Source: Opitutales bacterium
GTDB lineage: Bacteria > Verrucomicrobiota > Verrucomicrobiia > Opitutales > UBA953
Reading direction: 5' to 3'
Assembly: GCA_040397965.1 (NCBI GenBank)
Contig: JBBAUZ010000001.1
Span: 4,144 to 68,143, forward strand
Length of the DNA stretch: 64,000 nt
Below the pieces are notes generated by a model. The model did no database searches. It had not been told where the DNA came from and saw only the letters and a list, made by a program, of their open reading frames with translations. Made by a program: the position numbers and the translations under genes. Positions 10,282 through 19,483 of the stretch are shown here, one piece after another; within the stretch, counting starts at the first letter, position 1; each line of letters begins with the position of its first letter.

Positions 10282-11169
10282 TTAGGCGGAATGAGTCTTG
10301 CGACGTTCGAGTAGATTAAATTTAACGACTTGTTCGTCTGCTTTATAGGATGAGCGAACGAGTGGGCCCGATTCGACGTGCTTGATTCCTAGTCCGAGGG
10401 CGAAGTTTTTCCATTCCGCAAATTCGTCGGGATGCACCCAGCGATCGATGGGGGCGTGTTCTTTGCTGGGCGATAAGTATTGTCCGATCGTGATGATATC
10501 GACGCCGGCGCTGGCTATATCTTTTAATAGTTGGGCGACTTCTTCTTTCTTTTCGCCGATGCCGAGCATGAGACCCGTTTTGGTAATAAATCCGCGGGAT
10601 TTGGCGTGTTTGAGAACCCAGAAGGAGCGGTCGTAGCGGGCGGTTTTGCGGACGGGACGTTGGAGACGTTCGACGGTTTCGAGGTTATGATTTAAGATGT
10701 CGGGCTGTGCATCTAAAAGGGTATCGAGGTGAATTTGTTCGCCGCGAAAATCGGCGGGAAGAACTTCGATAGTGGTGTTGGGATTTCTGTGGCGGGTGGC
10801 GCGGATGGTGGCGGCCCAGACGGAAGCGCCGCCATCTTTTAAATCATCGCGGGCGACGGAGGTGATGACGACGTGACGCAATTTCATTTGCGAAATCGAT
10901 TCAGCGACGCGAGCTGGTTCGCCTAAATCTAATTCGCTGGGTCGACCCGAAAGGACGGCGCAAAAAGTACAAGAGCGGGTGCAGACGTTGCCGAGAATCA
11001 TCACGGTGGCTGTTCCGCGTGACCAACATTCGCCGAGGTTAGGGCATTGGGCAGACTGACAAACTGTGTGCAGTTTATTTTTGTCTACGTTTTCGCGAGT
11101 CTCAAGATAGTCAGGCCCGGAGGGTAGAGGGGCGCGGAGCCAATCTGGTTTGCGGGCGGACTCGATCAT
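10282..11169 (-). CDS. lipA: Lipoyl synthase
   Basis: 295 aa. Contains the auxiliary-cluster motif CQSAQCPNLGEC and the radical-SAM motif CTRSCTFC. Confidence 0.93.
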   Translation of the reverse strand: MIESARKPDWLRAPLPSGPDYLETRENVDKNKLHTVCQSAQCPNLGECWSRGTATVMILGNVCTRSCTFCAVLSGRPSELDLGEPARVAESISQMKLRHVVITSVARDDLKDGGASVWAATIRATRHRNPNTTIEVLPADFRGEQIHLDTLLDAQPDILNHNLETVERLQRPVRKTARYDRSFWVLKHAKSRGFITKTGLMLGIGEKKEEVAQLLKDIASAGVDIITIGQYLSPSKEHAPIDRWVHPDEFAEWKNFALGLGIKHVESGPLVRSSYKADEQVVKFNLLERRKTHSA

Positions 11170-11212
11170 CGGACATTCACCATTATCGAATCTGGCTGGT
11201 TTTCAACTCTAC

Positions 11213-11253
11213 AAAAGAAAAGGGGCGTTCTCCTATCCGAGAACGCCCCCTTT
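11213..11253 (-). terminator. Rho-independent terminator downstream of the porin gene
   Basis: Perfect 11-bp stem GGGGCGTTCTC (11222-11232) / GAGAACGCCCC (11239-11249) with a 6-nt loop. On the minus strand it is followed by TTTTCTTTT. Confidence 0.8.
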
Positions 11254-11275
11254 GCTATAAAGACTTAATTAAACC

Positions 11276-11971
11276 TTAGAAGGTTTTCTTAAGTGTTACC
11301 GCAGTGGTGCTGTCAGCAAGGGCATTGCCAACGTAGCTACCAGGAGTGTTGCTGTATGATACAGTGGCAACGAAACCAGCTACAGGGTAGGAGAGGGCTA
11401 CAGAGTAGTCTTCGCGACCGTCTTGATTAGCTTGGTCAGCCCAACCGTAGTGGAGGCCGAGAACGAGGTCTTTTACAGCAGGAACGTTGTAGCTGTAGTT
11501 AAGTTCGTAGTAGTAACCATGATCGGAGAAACCACCAGCGCTGTTGCTGTTGGAGATTTCCTTGGATACTTTACCAGTGATGCCAGCAATAGTTGCAGCA
11601 ACATTGATTTCTTGGAAGTTAAGAGCTGATTCAGCTTCGTATACGTAAGCGATGTAACCAACTGAAGCGTCGATACCGGCTACTTTGAAACCGTAGTTGG
11701 CATAGAGATCAACTTCGAGGGTTGCTTCAGAGTTGTACACGTTGGAAGCCCAAACGCCAGCCGAGAGGCCAGAAGTGTGTGCAACGTCGAAACCACCTTG
11801 AACAGCAGTTTGACTGTTGTTCTGGGAGAGTCCGCGCCAGATGTAGTCGCTAGTGAAAGCGAGGTTAGCCGACTGTGACCATGCAGAAGCAGGGGCAGCA
11901 GCAGGAGCTGCGTCTGCCATAGAGGCAGCAGCAACGAGGGTGAGGGTTGTTATGGATGCAATATTTTTCAT
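11276..11971 (-). CDS. TIGR02001 (Gcw_chp)-type outer-membrane beta-barrel protein
   Basis: Signal peptide MKNIASITTLTLVAAASMADA. The segment NLAFTSDYIWRGLSQNNSQTAVQGGFDVAHTSGLSAGVWASNV matches my memory of the TIGR02001 family signature. Ends in an aromatic residue (F). Start placed at the internal ATG (11969-11971) rather than the track start at 12010. Confidence 0.65.
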   Translation of the reverse strand: MKNIASITTLTLVAAASMADAAPAAAPASAWSQSANLAFTSDYIWRGLSQNNSQTAVQGGFDVAHTSGLSAGVWASNVYNSEATLEVDLYANYGFKVAGIDASVGYIAYVYEAESALNFQEINVAATIAGITGKVSKEISNSNSAGGFSDHGYYYELNYSYNVPAVKDLVLGLHYGWADQANQDGREDYSVALSYPVAGFVATVSYSNTPGSYVGNALADSTTAVTLKKTF

Positions 11972-12108
11972 AGCGTTTTCTTTGGTAGTAGTATTTTTCT
12001 CGTTGTCCAATCTTTATTTCAGTTTGTTAACATTGAATAAACTTAACATCAGGGCACTAAAATATGCCTAAAATAAGGCAATTGTTGATAGTTTTTATAC
12101 TTAAAAGC

Positions 12109-13554
12109 CTAGGACACGGACTGTAATGCAGATTTATACGTCCGAACATATTCCTTCGCTGCTGCATTCCAGGAGAATTGTGCAGACATCGCCGTTTGCT
12201 GAACTGATTTAAAAACTTTCGGTGAACTGTAAAGTTTGAGTGCTTGATTAATTGCCCATTCGATCGCGGGGCTGTCAGAATTATTAAAGACGATGCCACT
12301 ACCGTCGCCAGTTTCTTCATTCCAACTTTTTACGGTGTCAGCTAATCCACCCGTTGCACGCACGATGGGAAGGGTACCGTATGCCATCGAGTAAAGTTGA
12401 TTGAGTCCGCACGGTTCAAAGCGACTCGGCATTAAAAAGAAATCACAGCCTGCTTCGATTTGGTGAGCGAGTGCATTATTATATCCGATGCGTACGGCGG
12501 CGGACTGGGAAAAATCTTCGGCGAGTTTTTTGTAATTATTCTCTAAGGCAGGATCACCGCTGCCGAGTAAGACAAATTGGATTTTTCCGGATCGGAGAAA
12601 CTTAGGTAGTACGGGAAGGGCTAAATCTAAGCCCTTTTGCTCCCATAATCGTGAAACTACGCCGATGAGGGGGATGTCGCTCTGTGGGCTGAGATTTAAT
12701 TGCTTCTGAAGATCTAATTTACACGCGGCTTTATTGGTCAGCTTTTTGGCATCGTAATTCTTAGCCAGGTTTTTGTCGGTAGCAGGATTCCACTCTTCCA
12801 TATCGACGCCATTGAGAATGCCGGTGAGGTCAGCTTTTCGGCGGCGCAGAAACTTATCCAGACCAAATCCGTACTCGGCGGTCAGAATTTCTTGAGCGTA
12901 GGTTGGGCTCACGGTGGTGACTTTGGTGGCGTGCAGTATTCCGCCCTTTAAAAAATTAACTCCGCCGTAGCATTCAATTTCATCGGGATGAAATAACCAT
13001 TCGGGTAAATGCAAGAAGGGCATGACTCTTTTACTCAGTAGACCTTGGTGTTGCAGATTATGAATCGTTAGAACGGAGGCGGATTTTCCGAGCAAGGTGC
13101 CTTTGGCGGTCGTGTTGAGGAGGACAGGAATCAGACCCGTGGTCCAATCGTGGCAGTGAATGATATCGGGTATCCAGTTTAGGGCGAGGCAGGCATCGAG
13201 GGCGGCTCGGCCAAAGAAACAGGACCGTTCGGCGGTGTTTTCCTGTGCGGGGTAAATTTCACGTCCACCATAGTATTCATTATGTTCGATGAACCAAGCT
13301 TCCGCCTTGGATGCTAAGGAGATTTTACGAACGCGACAGGTGCTGCGTGAACGATCACCGGCGACATTTACTTTTAATGACTCAATCAGGGTGCTGAGTT
13401 TTTCTTGGTCGGGCACTGAGCCGTAGAGTGGAGACACCACACGGACCTCATGTCCCTCGGCGGCGAGGGCTTTGACCATGCCCGCAACCGCATCACCCAG
13501 TCCACCTGCTTTTGACCACGGAGTGAGCTCAGGACTAATGTGCAGAATCTTCAT
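12109..13554 (-). CDS. glgA: Glycogen synthase (GT5)
   Basis: 481 aa. MKILHISPE...SKAGGLGDAV (K-x-GGL motif) and overall GlgA layout. Confidence 0.9.
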   Translation of the reverse strand: MKILHISPELTPWSKAGGLGDAVAGMVKALAAEGHEVRVVSPLYGSVPDQEKLSTLIESLKVNVAGDRSRSTCRVRKISLASKAEAWFIEHNEYYGGREIYPAQENTAERSCFFGRAALDACLALNWIPDIIHCHDWTTGLIPVLLNTTAKGTLLGKSASVLTIHNLQHQGLLSKRVMPFLHLPEWLFHPDEIECYGGVNFLKGGILHATKVTTVSPTYAQEILTAEYGFGLDKFLRRRKADLTGILNGVDMEEWNPATDKNLAKNYDAKKLTNKAACKLDLQKQLNLSPQSDIPLIGVVSRLWEQKGLDLALPVLPKFLRSGKIQFVLLGSGDPALENNYKKLAEDFSQSAAVRIGYNNALAHQIEAGCDFFLMPSRFEPCGLNQLYSMAYGTLPIVRATGGLADTVKSWNEETGDGSGIVFNNSDSPAIEWAINQALKLYSSPKVFKSVQQTAMSAQFSWNAAAKEYVRTYKSALQSVS

Positions 13555-13560
13555 CCAGAA

Positions 13561-14574
13561 TTATTCTTTCGCGGGCGAACTGCGGCCGATGCGATTGATG
13601 AGGGGCACAAAGGCCAGAAGTATCACGAAGGCGATAATCATGGAAAAGTTTCCGGCAAAATCGTGAACGGTACCTAAGAAGGAAAAATCTTTTGCTCCCA
13701 TCTCGACACCCCAAAAATCGCGGTCGAGTGAGGACGAACGATTATGGAGTGCGTAAAAGGCGAGATAGGTATTGCGGAGAATGTTCACGACAATGGCTAC
13801 GGCTCCGGAAATAATGATTAAGAGAACGCGACGGATCAGAGAGCCAGGGAAGCCGCCTTCTATAAAGATAGCGCCGAGAAAGGCTCCGACGAACACACAA
13901 GCTGAGAGTGAGCGGATACCTGAGCAGGCATCGGCAACCCCGACGGCGTCTTTGTTGGCGAACTCGATGGTATTACCGTTCACTTTAATCGCTTCGCCGG
14001 AAAGTCTTAAGATACCTGAGACGAATTCGGTCACGTTGGTCAGCAGTTCACCTTTGATTCGGTTGTCGACCAGGTAGAGGAAGGGACCGGAGATAATCCA
14101 AACGCAGGCGGGGAAGAGGAGGAGTCCGACGATAGTCCAGCGAGCGGCATTGGACGGCGTGGAACCTTCAGGACCCTGTGCGGACATAAAACCCAAACTT
14201 AAAACCGTTCCGACTAAGCCAAATGAAATCGCAACGGTTGGGCCGACGCCGGTTCCATAAATTGCGCGGATAGCTCCACCGCCGACAAAGGTAATGATTG
14301 AGAATAATGCGATAAAATTAACCAGCGCTAAGAGCCAACGCGGCGTGGGGTTTCCGATGATGGTTTTTTGTCCGGTAAAATAGGCGTACAATTCATCCCA
14401 GCGTTCATAGAGAACATAAGCAGAGAAGAAAGGAACCAGGTAGCCGAAGGTGTAATCGTCTTTGGTGCTCCAAATGTTCCACTGATCCCAGCAAGTGAGG
14501 GCGGCCATTCCGACGATGATGCCGAAAAGTCCGAGCGTGGTGGTATCGAGCCTTGGTTGTGAAGGTGTACTCAT
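13561..14574 (-). CDS. Exosortase/archaeosortase-family integral membrane transpeptidase
   Basis: 337-aa polytopic protein. Ordered signature residues: Cys in GVADACSGIRSL, Arg in VVNILRNTY, His in VHDFAGN, plus an N-terminal YTFGYLVP motif. Its ATG overlaps the TGA of the upstream ATPase. Confidence 0.75.
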   Translation of the reverse strand: MSTPSQPRLDTTTLGLFGIIVGMAALTCWDQWNIWSTKDDYTFGYLVPFFSAYVLYERWDELYAYFTGQKTIIGNPTPRWLLALVNFIALFSIITFVGGGAIRAIYGTGVGPTVAISFGLVGTVLSLGFMSAQGPEGSTPSNAARWTIVGLLLFPACVWIISGPFLYLVDNRIKGELLTNVTEFVSGILRLSGEAIKVNGNTIEFANKDAVGVADACSGIRSLSACVFVGAFLGAIFIEGGFPGSLIRRVLLIIISGAVAIVVNILRNTYLAFYALHNRSSSLDRDFWGVEMGAKDFSFLGTVHDFAGNFSMIIAFVILLAFVPLINRIGRSSPAKE

Positions 14575-15365
14575 GTAAGTTTGGGCACGGCGGCTAAAAG
14601 GGTTTTGGTGTAATCCTCTTTCGGGTTCTGCAGAATTTGTTCGGGAGTGCCAGCCTCAACAATTTTCCCTTGGGACATCACTAAAATATGGTCGCTAATG
14701 TGTTCAACCACTGCGAGGTCGTGGGCGATAAAGAGGTAGGTTAATTGGAGCTGCTCTTGCAGGTCTTGTAAGAGATTCACTACTTCGGCCTGAACGGAAA
14801 CATCGAGGGCGGAGACGGGTTCGTCGCAAATGATTAAGGCGGGCTCGACGGCGAGGGCGCGGGCGATGCCGATGCGTTGACGCTGTCCGCCAGAAAACTC
14901 GTGCGGGTAGCGATAGAGATACTCGGCGGGTAGCTTTACTTTTTTAAGTAAATCAACGCAGCGAGATTCGCGGTCCGCTTTACTGAGCTCAGGAAAATGG
15001 ATTTCGAGAGGCTCGGAGAGAATTCCTAAAACGTCGGAACGAGGATCGAGCGAGTTATAGGGATCTTGGAAGATCATCTGAATTTTTTTACGCCAGGGTA
15101 AGAAATCCCGATTGGATTTAGTTCCGATATCGACGCCTTCGTATAAAATCTGTCCTTCGGTGCAGGGGGCGAGGCGGATGATTGATTTGCCGGTCGTGCT
15201 TTTACCTGAGCCCGATTCGCCCACGAGGCCAACGGTTTTGCCTTTGGGAATCGTGAACGAAACATTATTTACGGCACGCTTCGGAATATTTTTTTGGAAG
15301 AACCAATGAGCGCGGCCGGGGTAGTCGACGGAAAGGTTTCTGACTTCTAAAAGTGGAGTAGACAT
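14571..15365 (-). CDS. Peptide ABC transporter ATP-binding protein (OppF/DppF-like)
   Basis: Walker A GESGSGKST, signature SGGQRQR, Walker B LIICDEP. Start set at the ATG at 15363-15365 (MSTPLLEVRNL), 2 nt after the upstream stop. The track start at 15431 would overlap the neighbour by 64 nt. Confidence 0.9.
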   Translation of the reverse strand: MSTPLLEVRNLSVDYPGRAHWFFQKNIPKRAVNNVSFTIPKGKTVGLVGESGSGKSTTGKSIIRLAPCTEGQILYEGVDIGTKSNRDFLPWRKKIQMIFQDPYNSLDPRSDVLGILSEPLEIHFPELSKADRESRCVDLLKKVKLPAEYLYRYPHEFSGGQRQRIGIARALAVEPALIICDEPVSALDVSVQAEVVNLLQDLQEQLQLTYLFIAHDLAVVEHISDHILVMSQGKIVEAGTPEQILQNPKEDYTKTLLAAVPKLT

Positions 15366-15367
15366 TT

Positions 15368-16204
15368 CTATGAGAGGTCTGTGGGTAGCGTGGTCAGGCG
15401 GCGACGTTTCTGTCCGAGACGTGGAATGCACGCAATCAGTCCGCGGGTGTATGGATGGCTTGGATTTTCTAAGACATGCTGAGCGGTGCCTGCTTCGACG
15501 ACTTTGCCGTGACGCATTACAATGACGCGGTTGGCGAAATGGGCGACGATACCGAAGTTATGGGTGATGAGTAGGATGCTCATGCCGCGTTCGCGACAAA
15601 GGTGAGCGAGCAAATCGATGATTTCTTTTTGAATGGTGACGTCGAGTGCGGTGGTCGGTTCATCGGCCACTAAAATCCTCGGATTACAGGCTAAGGCCAT
15701 GGCGATCATGACGCGTTGTTGCATACCGCCAGACAGTTCATGGGGGTATTGCTGGGCGACTTTCTCGGGCTCATGAATACGAACCTCGTTCAGTGACTGG
15801 ATGACGGCGGCATGAACATCGGAGATTTCTGGACGATGTATTTTAATCGCTTCGGCGATTTGAAATTCGACCGAGTAAACTGGATTTAGCGAGGTGCCGG
15901 GATCTTGGAAAATGTAGGCGATGACTTTTCCGCGATAACGAGAGATTTCTTTTTCGGACAGACTTAAGAGATTGGTGCCTTCGAGGTTAATTTTACCGCT
16001 GACAACGCAGGTGGGGGCGCTGGGTAGAAGTTGGGTGAGGGCGAGGGCGGAGACGGATTTGCCTGAGCCCGATTCGCCGACGACGGCGAGAACTTCCCCG
16101 TGGTTTAATTCAAAGGAAACACCTGAAGCTGCGACCGTTGCTTTTTCATGCGCATGAAAAGTTATCGTGAGGTCCTCAACTTTTAATAAAGGTGGTGCCG
16201 ACAT
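15368..16204 (-). CDS. Peptide ABC transporter ATP-binding protein (OppD/DppD-like)
   Basis: Walker A GESGSGKSV, signature LSGGMQQR, Walker B LVADEPTTALD. Confidence 0.9.
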   Translation of the reverse strand: MSAPPLLKVEDLTITFHAHEKATVAASGVSFELNHGEVLAVVGESGSGKSVSALALTQLLPSAPTCVVSGKINLEGTNLLSLSEKEISRYRGKVIAYIFQDPGTSLNPVYSVEFQIAEAIKIHRPEISDVHAAVIQSLNEVRIHEPEKVAQQYPHELSGGMQQRVMIAMALACNPRILVADEPTTALDVTIQKEIIDLLAHLCRERGMSILLITHNFGIVAHFANRVIVMRHGKVVEAGTAQHVLENPSHPYTRGLIACIPRLGQKRRRLTTLPTDLS

Positions 16205-16253
16205 TGGGGTGAGTATGAAAGTTTAAAAGGGGAAGGGAAAGGCAGAAGATGGA

Positions 16254-18185
16254 TTATTCAGTTCGCCACTGGTCGTAAATTTGCGTGGTGGGCGGGAGTT
16301 TTTCCTCGGGAGTCAGAGATTGAAACCATTGGGGGCGTTTTAGGATAGTTTGAATCCGCGATTTTTCGTTAGGCTCTATCCAAAAGATACCCGTGCTGAA
16401 TGGATCATCGCTGGTGCGTACATCAAAATGTGTCGGCCACTTGAGCCAATTCCAGTAAGCGAGGCGATAGCTGGGAATACAAAATGCGGGGATGAAACTC
16501 GCTTCATCATGAATCAGTTGTTGGGCTTTGAAAGACAGTTGAATCATTTCAGATTTATCGGTCGAGGCCCTAAAGCGGTCGATCAATTCGGAGAGTTCCG
16601 GAATATTTGTGCCGGTGATATTATTCGTCTGTCTTTTAGCGACGACCAGTCCGTCGACAGTTTTTTGCACCGCATTGTCTCCGTGATGTGATTGCCATAA
16701 CTCAGGTTTTAGTCCGCTGGCGCCCCAAGCCCAAAAACAGAGTTCATGATTTTTCTCCATGACCTTGCGATACATGGTGGTGTGTTCGAGAACTTCGGGG
16801 CGATATTCTAGGCCGCAAAGTTTTGCGGATTCGATGAGTGTGGGTAGGAATTTTCTTCGCTCACTATCATCCATGGTTAAGCGAACGGAGAGGCGGGTGC
16901 CATCGGGTTTGCGAAGAATGCCATCGGAGCCAACTTCGGTGAAGCCGGCTCGGGCGAAGGCGGCTTTGGCTAAGGCTGGACTAAATTTACGGGCTTTAAT
17001 GGTTGGGTTAGTAAATTCACCGTAGCCTTGGCTGAATTGATTAAGCCGTTCGTAGTCGCTGCGGTAAAATGTATCGATGACTCTTTGGAAATCGGTCGCG
17101 TGTTGGAGTCCGATGCGAACATTCACATCTGAGAGCAGTGGTTTGAGGGTATTAATATAGAGACCAAAGGGAGGGCGGGGTACGTCGTTAAAGAAACGTG
17201 CTTTTTGGATGAAGCCAGCTTGGTAGGGCTCGGTTAAATTAGCACCGTACCAGAACTTCGGTGTGCCCATGAAGAATAAATCGCATTCACCCTGTAGGAA
17301 AATCTGGTGAGCTTTATCCATTTCGCGGATCACTTTAAATTCAATCGCGTCGACGTTGTAGCGATGGGCTGTGTAGCGTTCATTGTCGCCCCACCATTGT
17401 GGAATGCGGCGAAGGGTTACACTCTGTCCGCGAATAAAATCTTCATCACGAATGATGTAAGCACCCGTGGTGGGTTGGAATCGGTCACCGTATACTTTAG
17501 AGTAATCGGGTCCGAAGTTTTTATAAAACTGACGAGGGGTGGGACTGATGGATCCGAGAATGTTTAAGGGGTCGGGCTTTTTAGCGGATAAATGGATGGC
17601 GATCGTGTAATCGTCGTACTTTGTAATCCCCGCAAATTCCTTGGTATAGAAATCGTTATACCAAGGTGCATTAATCCAGGGGGATTGATAGAAGTAGAAG
17701 GTGTATAGATAGTCGTCGGCGCTGACCGGTTGGCCGTCGTTAAATTTAACGCGTGGATTAAGTTTAAAGTAGGCGGTGAGTCCATCGTCGGAGACGGCCC
17801 AGCTTTCGGCCAGACAAGGAAGCGGTTTGAGCGAATTAGGGTGGAGTGTGACGAGAGAGAAATCGTTTCCGTCGTAAGCGAAACCACGGAAGCTACTATT
17901 GGAATTGGGGCCGACGCGACGAAGGACTGGCGGTGTGCTGTTGATGAAATAATTTAAAACACCGCCGCGTTTGGCTTCGGGTGACGCAAAGATCGGTTCT
18001 TGGGGATCGGTCACCCATGACAGATTCTTCGGAAGTTTATCCAGCGAGCTAAATTTAAAGAAATTGGATTTCTCTTTGTAATACGTTTGAGCCTGCGGAT
18101 CTTGATGTACTTCGCTTGCGTAGGTTTTCGCACAGACGACTAACAATAAAGAACAGATTACCGTGATGAGTCGGTGGTTGTTCAT
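16254..18185 (-). CDS. Family-5 extracellular solute-binding protein (YejA/OppA-like)
   Basis: 643 aa with a signal peptide (LITVICSLLLVVCAKTYA). Size and sequence resemble YejA-type peptide-binding proteins. Embedded between the permease and ATPase genes. Confidence 0.8.
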   Translation of the reverse strand: MNNHRLITVICSLLLVVCAKTYASEVHQDPQAQTYYKEKSNFFKFSSLDKLPKNLSWVTDPQEPIFASPEAKRGGVLNYFINSTPPVLRRVGPNSNSSFRGFAYDGNDFSLVTLHPNSLKPLPCLAESWAVSDDGLTAYFKLNPRVKFNDGQPVSADDYLYTFYFYQSPWINAPWYNDFYTKEFAGITKYDDYTIAIHLSAKKPDPLNILGSISPTPRQFYKNFGPDYSKVYGDRFQPTTGAYIIRDEDFIRGQSVTLRRIPQWWGDNERYTAHRYNVDAIEFKVIREMDKAHQIFLQGECDLFFMGTPKFWYGANLTEPYQAGFIQKARFFNDVPRPPFGLYINTLKPLLSDVNVRIGLQHATDFQRVIDTFYRSDYERLNQFSQGYGEFTNPTIKARKFSPALAKAAFARAGFTEVGSDGILRKPDGTRLSVRLTMDDSERRKFLPTLIESAKLCGLEYRPEVLEHTTMYRKVMEKNHELCFWAWGASGLKPELWQSHHGDNAVQKTVDGLVVAKRQTNNITGTNIPELSELIDRFRASTDKSEMIQLSFKAQQLIHDEASFIPAFCIPSYRLAYWNWLKWPTHFDVRTSDDPFSTGIFWIEPNEKSRIQTILKRPQWFQSLTPEEKLPPTTQIYDQWRTE

Positions 18186-19483
18186 TATGAGTTATCCTTT
18201 CCATGGAAGGCTTCGCGGAGTCCTTCGCCGATAAAATTAACCATGATTAAAAATGAAACCATGCAGGTGACCGTGGAGGTCATAATCCACCAGGCGTTCC
18301 AATTCTCTTTACCTTGTCGCAGTAAATCTCCCCACGAGGGGGTTGTGGGTGGAAGTCCGAAGCCTAAATAATCTAAGGAAGCTAAGGACGCTACGACGGC
18401 GGCGATACTGAAGGGCGCCATCGTGATGATGACGGACATCGAATTGGGCAGGATGTGTCGGGTGAGAATTCTCCAGTCCGACGCACCCAGTGCGCGGGCG
18501 GCAGCGACGTAATCACGTGCCGCTTCACGATAGGCAGCGGCGCGTATTTGATGGGCGATACCGATCCAGGAAAATGCGACGAGGATTAAAACGAGAATAA
18601 ATAAATTTGGTTCAAAGAGCGTCGCGAGAAAAACGATAACGTAGAGAAAGGGAATATTGGACCAGATCTCGATGATGCGTTGCATGACGAGGTCGAACCA
18701 GCCCGCCCAATAGCCCATGGCTGCGCCTAGGATGAGTCCGATGGCGTAACTCGCGATCATGTAGATGAGTGAAGCAATCAGGAGGATTTGAAAGCCTCCG
18801 AAAAGTCGGGCCAGCACATCATGTCCTGATTCATCGGTTCCTAGGATGTGATCATCTAGTCCTGGTGGACTCGGGTAGGGAACAAAACTATAGAGAGGGT
18901 GTGCTGGAATCTCTTGCTGATTGGGAAGAGTTTTCTCGGCGACATTGTTTACATATTTACTGAGTAGGACTGTTTCACCGTTTTCATTCCGGATGCGAAA
19001 TTCGCCATCGAGGTTTCCGTTTTGTACTGACCAAGTGCTGCCGCGTGTGCCATCGGGATTTAAAACAAAAATTCGGCTATCAAGAATCATCGAGTCGTCG
19101 GGATTAAAGTAAGTATTATTTTTACCTTCGGTTTTAGATTTCACTGGCAGATAGACTTCAGAAACTTCGGTAGGAGAAAACGGAACGAATGGTAATAGGA
19201 CCCAGTCGCCTTTTGCTTTTTCATTAAACAGATTTTTAAGTCTTCGGTAGTTTGGCTCGGTCTCTTGGGGTAATCCGAAGTCGCGGCCGCTGATGGTTCC
19301 TTCGACGATGGGGAATCGATACTCATTTTGGTACTTAACGATGAGGGCGCGAGAGCCCACTAAAAGCGGACCCAGGAGGGCGAGTAGGCAAAGTGTCCCA
19401 ATGATGATGAGAGAAAACCAAGCCCGTTTGATGGAGCGGAATTTCGCAAAGCGACGTTGGGTGATGGGACTGAGCGCAATCAT
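18185..19483 (-). CDS. Peptide ABC transporter permease (YejE/OppC-like)
   Basis: 432 aa. An N-terminal TM, a long periplasmic loop, then five TM segments with the EAA-type loop ARALGASDWRILTRHILPN. Shares 1 nt with the start codon of the downstream SBP gene. Confidence 0.85.
   Translation of the reverse strand: MIALSPITQRRFAKFRSIKRAWFSLIIIGTLCLLALLGPLLVGSRALIVKYQNEYRFPIVEGTISGRDFGLPQETEPNYRRLKNLFNEKAKGDWVLLPFVPFSPTEVSEVYLPVKSKTEGKNNTYFNPDDSMILDSRIFVLNPDGTRGSTWSVQNGNLDGEFRIRNENGETVLLSKYVNNVAEKTLPNQQEIPAHPLYSFVPYPSPPGLDDHILGTDESGHDVLARLFGGFQILLIASLIYMIASYAIGLILGAAMGYWAGWFDLVMQRIIEIWSNIPFLYVIVFLATLFEPNLFILVLILVAFSWIGIAHQIRAAAYREAARDYVAAARALGASDWRILTRHILPNSMSVIITMAPFSIAAVVASLASLDYLGFGLPPTTPSWGDLLRQGKENWNAWWIMTSTVTCMVSFLIMVNFIGEGLREAFHGKDNS

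Noticed and set aside
12057-12320. Small ORFs 12057..12320(-), 23125..23313(+), 23155..23361(-) and 29348..29539(+) near gene boundaries.
   Set aside because: They overlap the 3' end of glgA, the 5' end of glgP, or infA in other frames. They have no recognisable motifs and no independent start context.
12109-13554. Whether the glgA next to the exosortase is really an EPS glycosyltransferase (an EpsI-like partner of an exosortase system).
   Set aside because: The protein has the K-x-GGL motif (SKAGGLGD), the length and the overall collinearity of true GT5 glycogen/starch synthases, and a glgP lies 10 kb away. There is no sign of an EPS-type GT.
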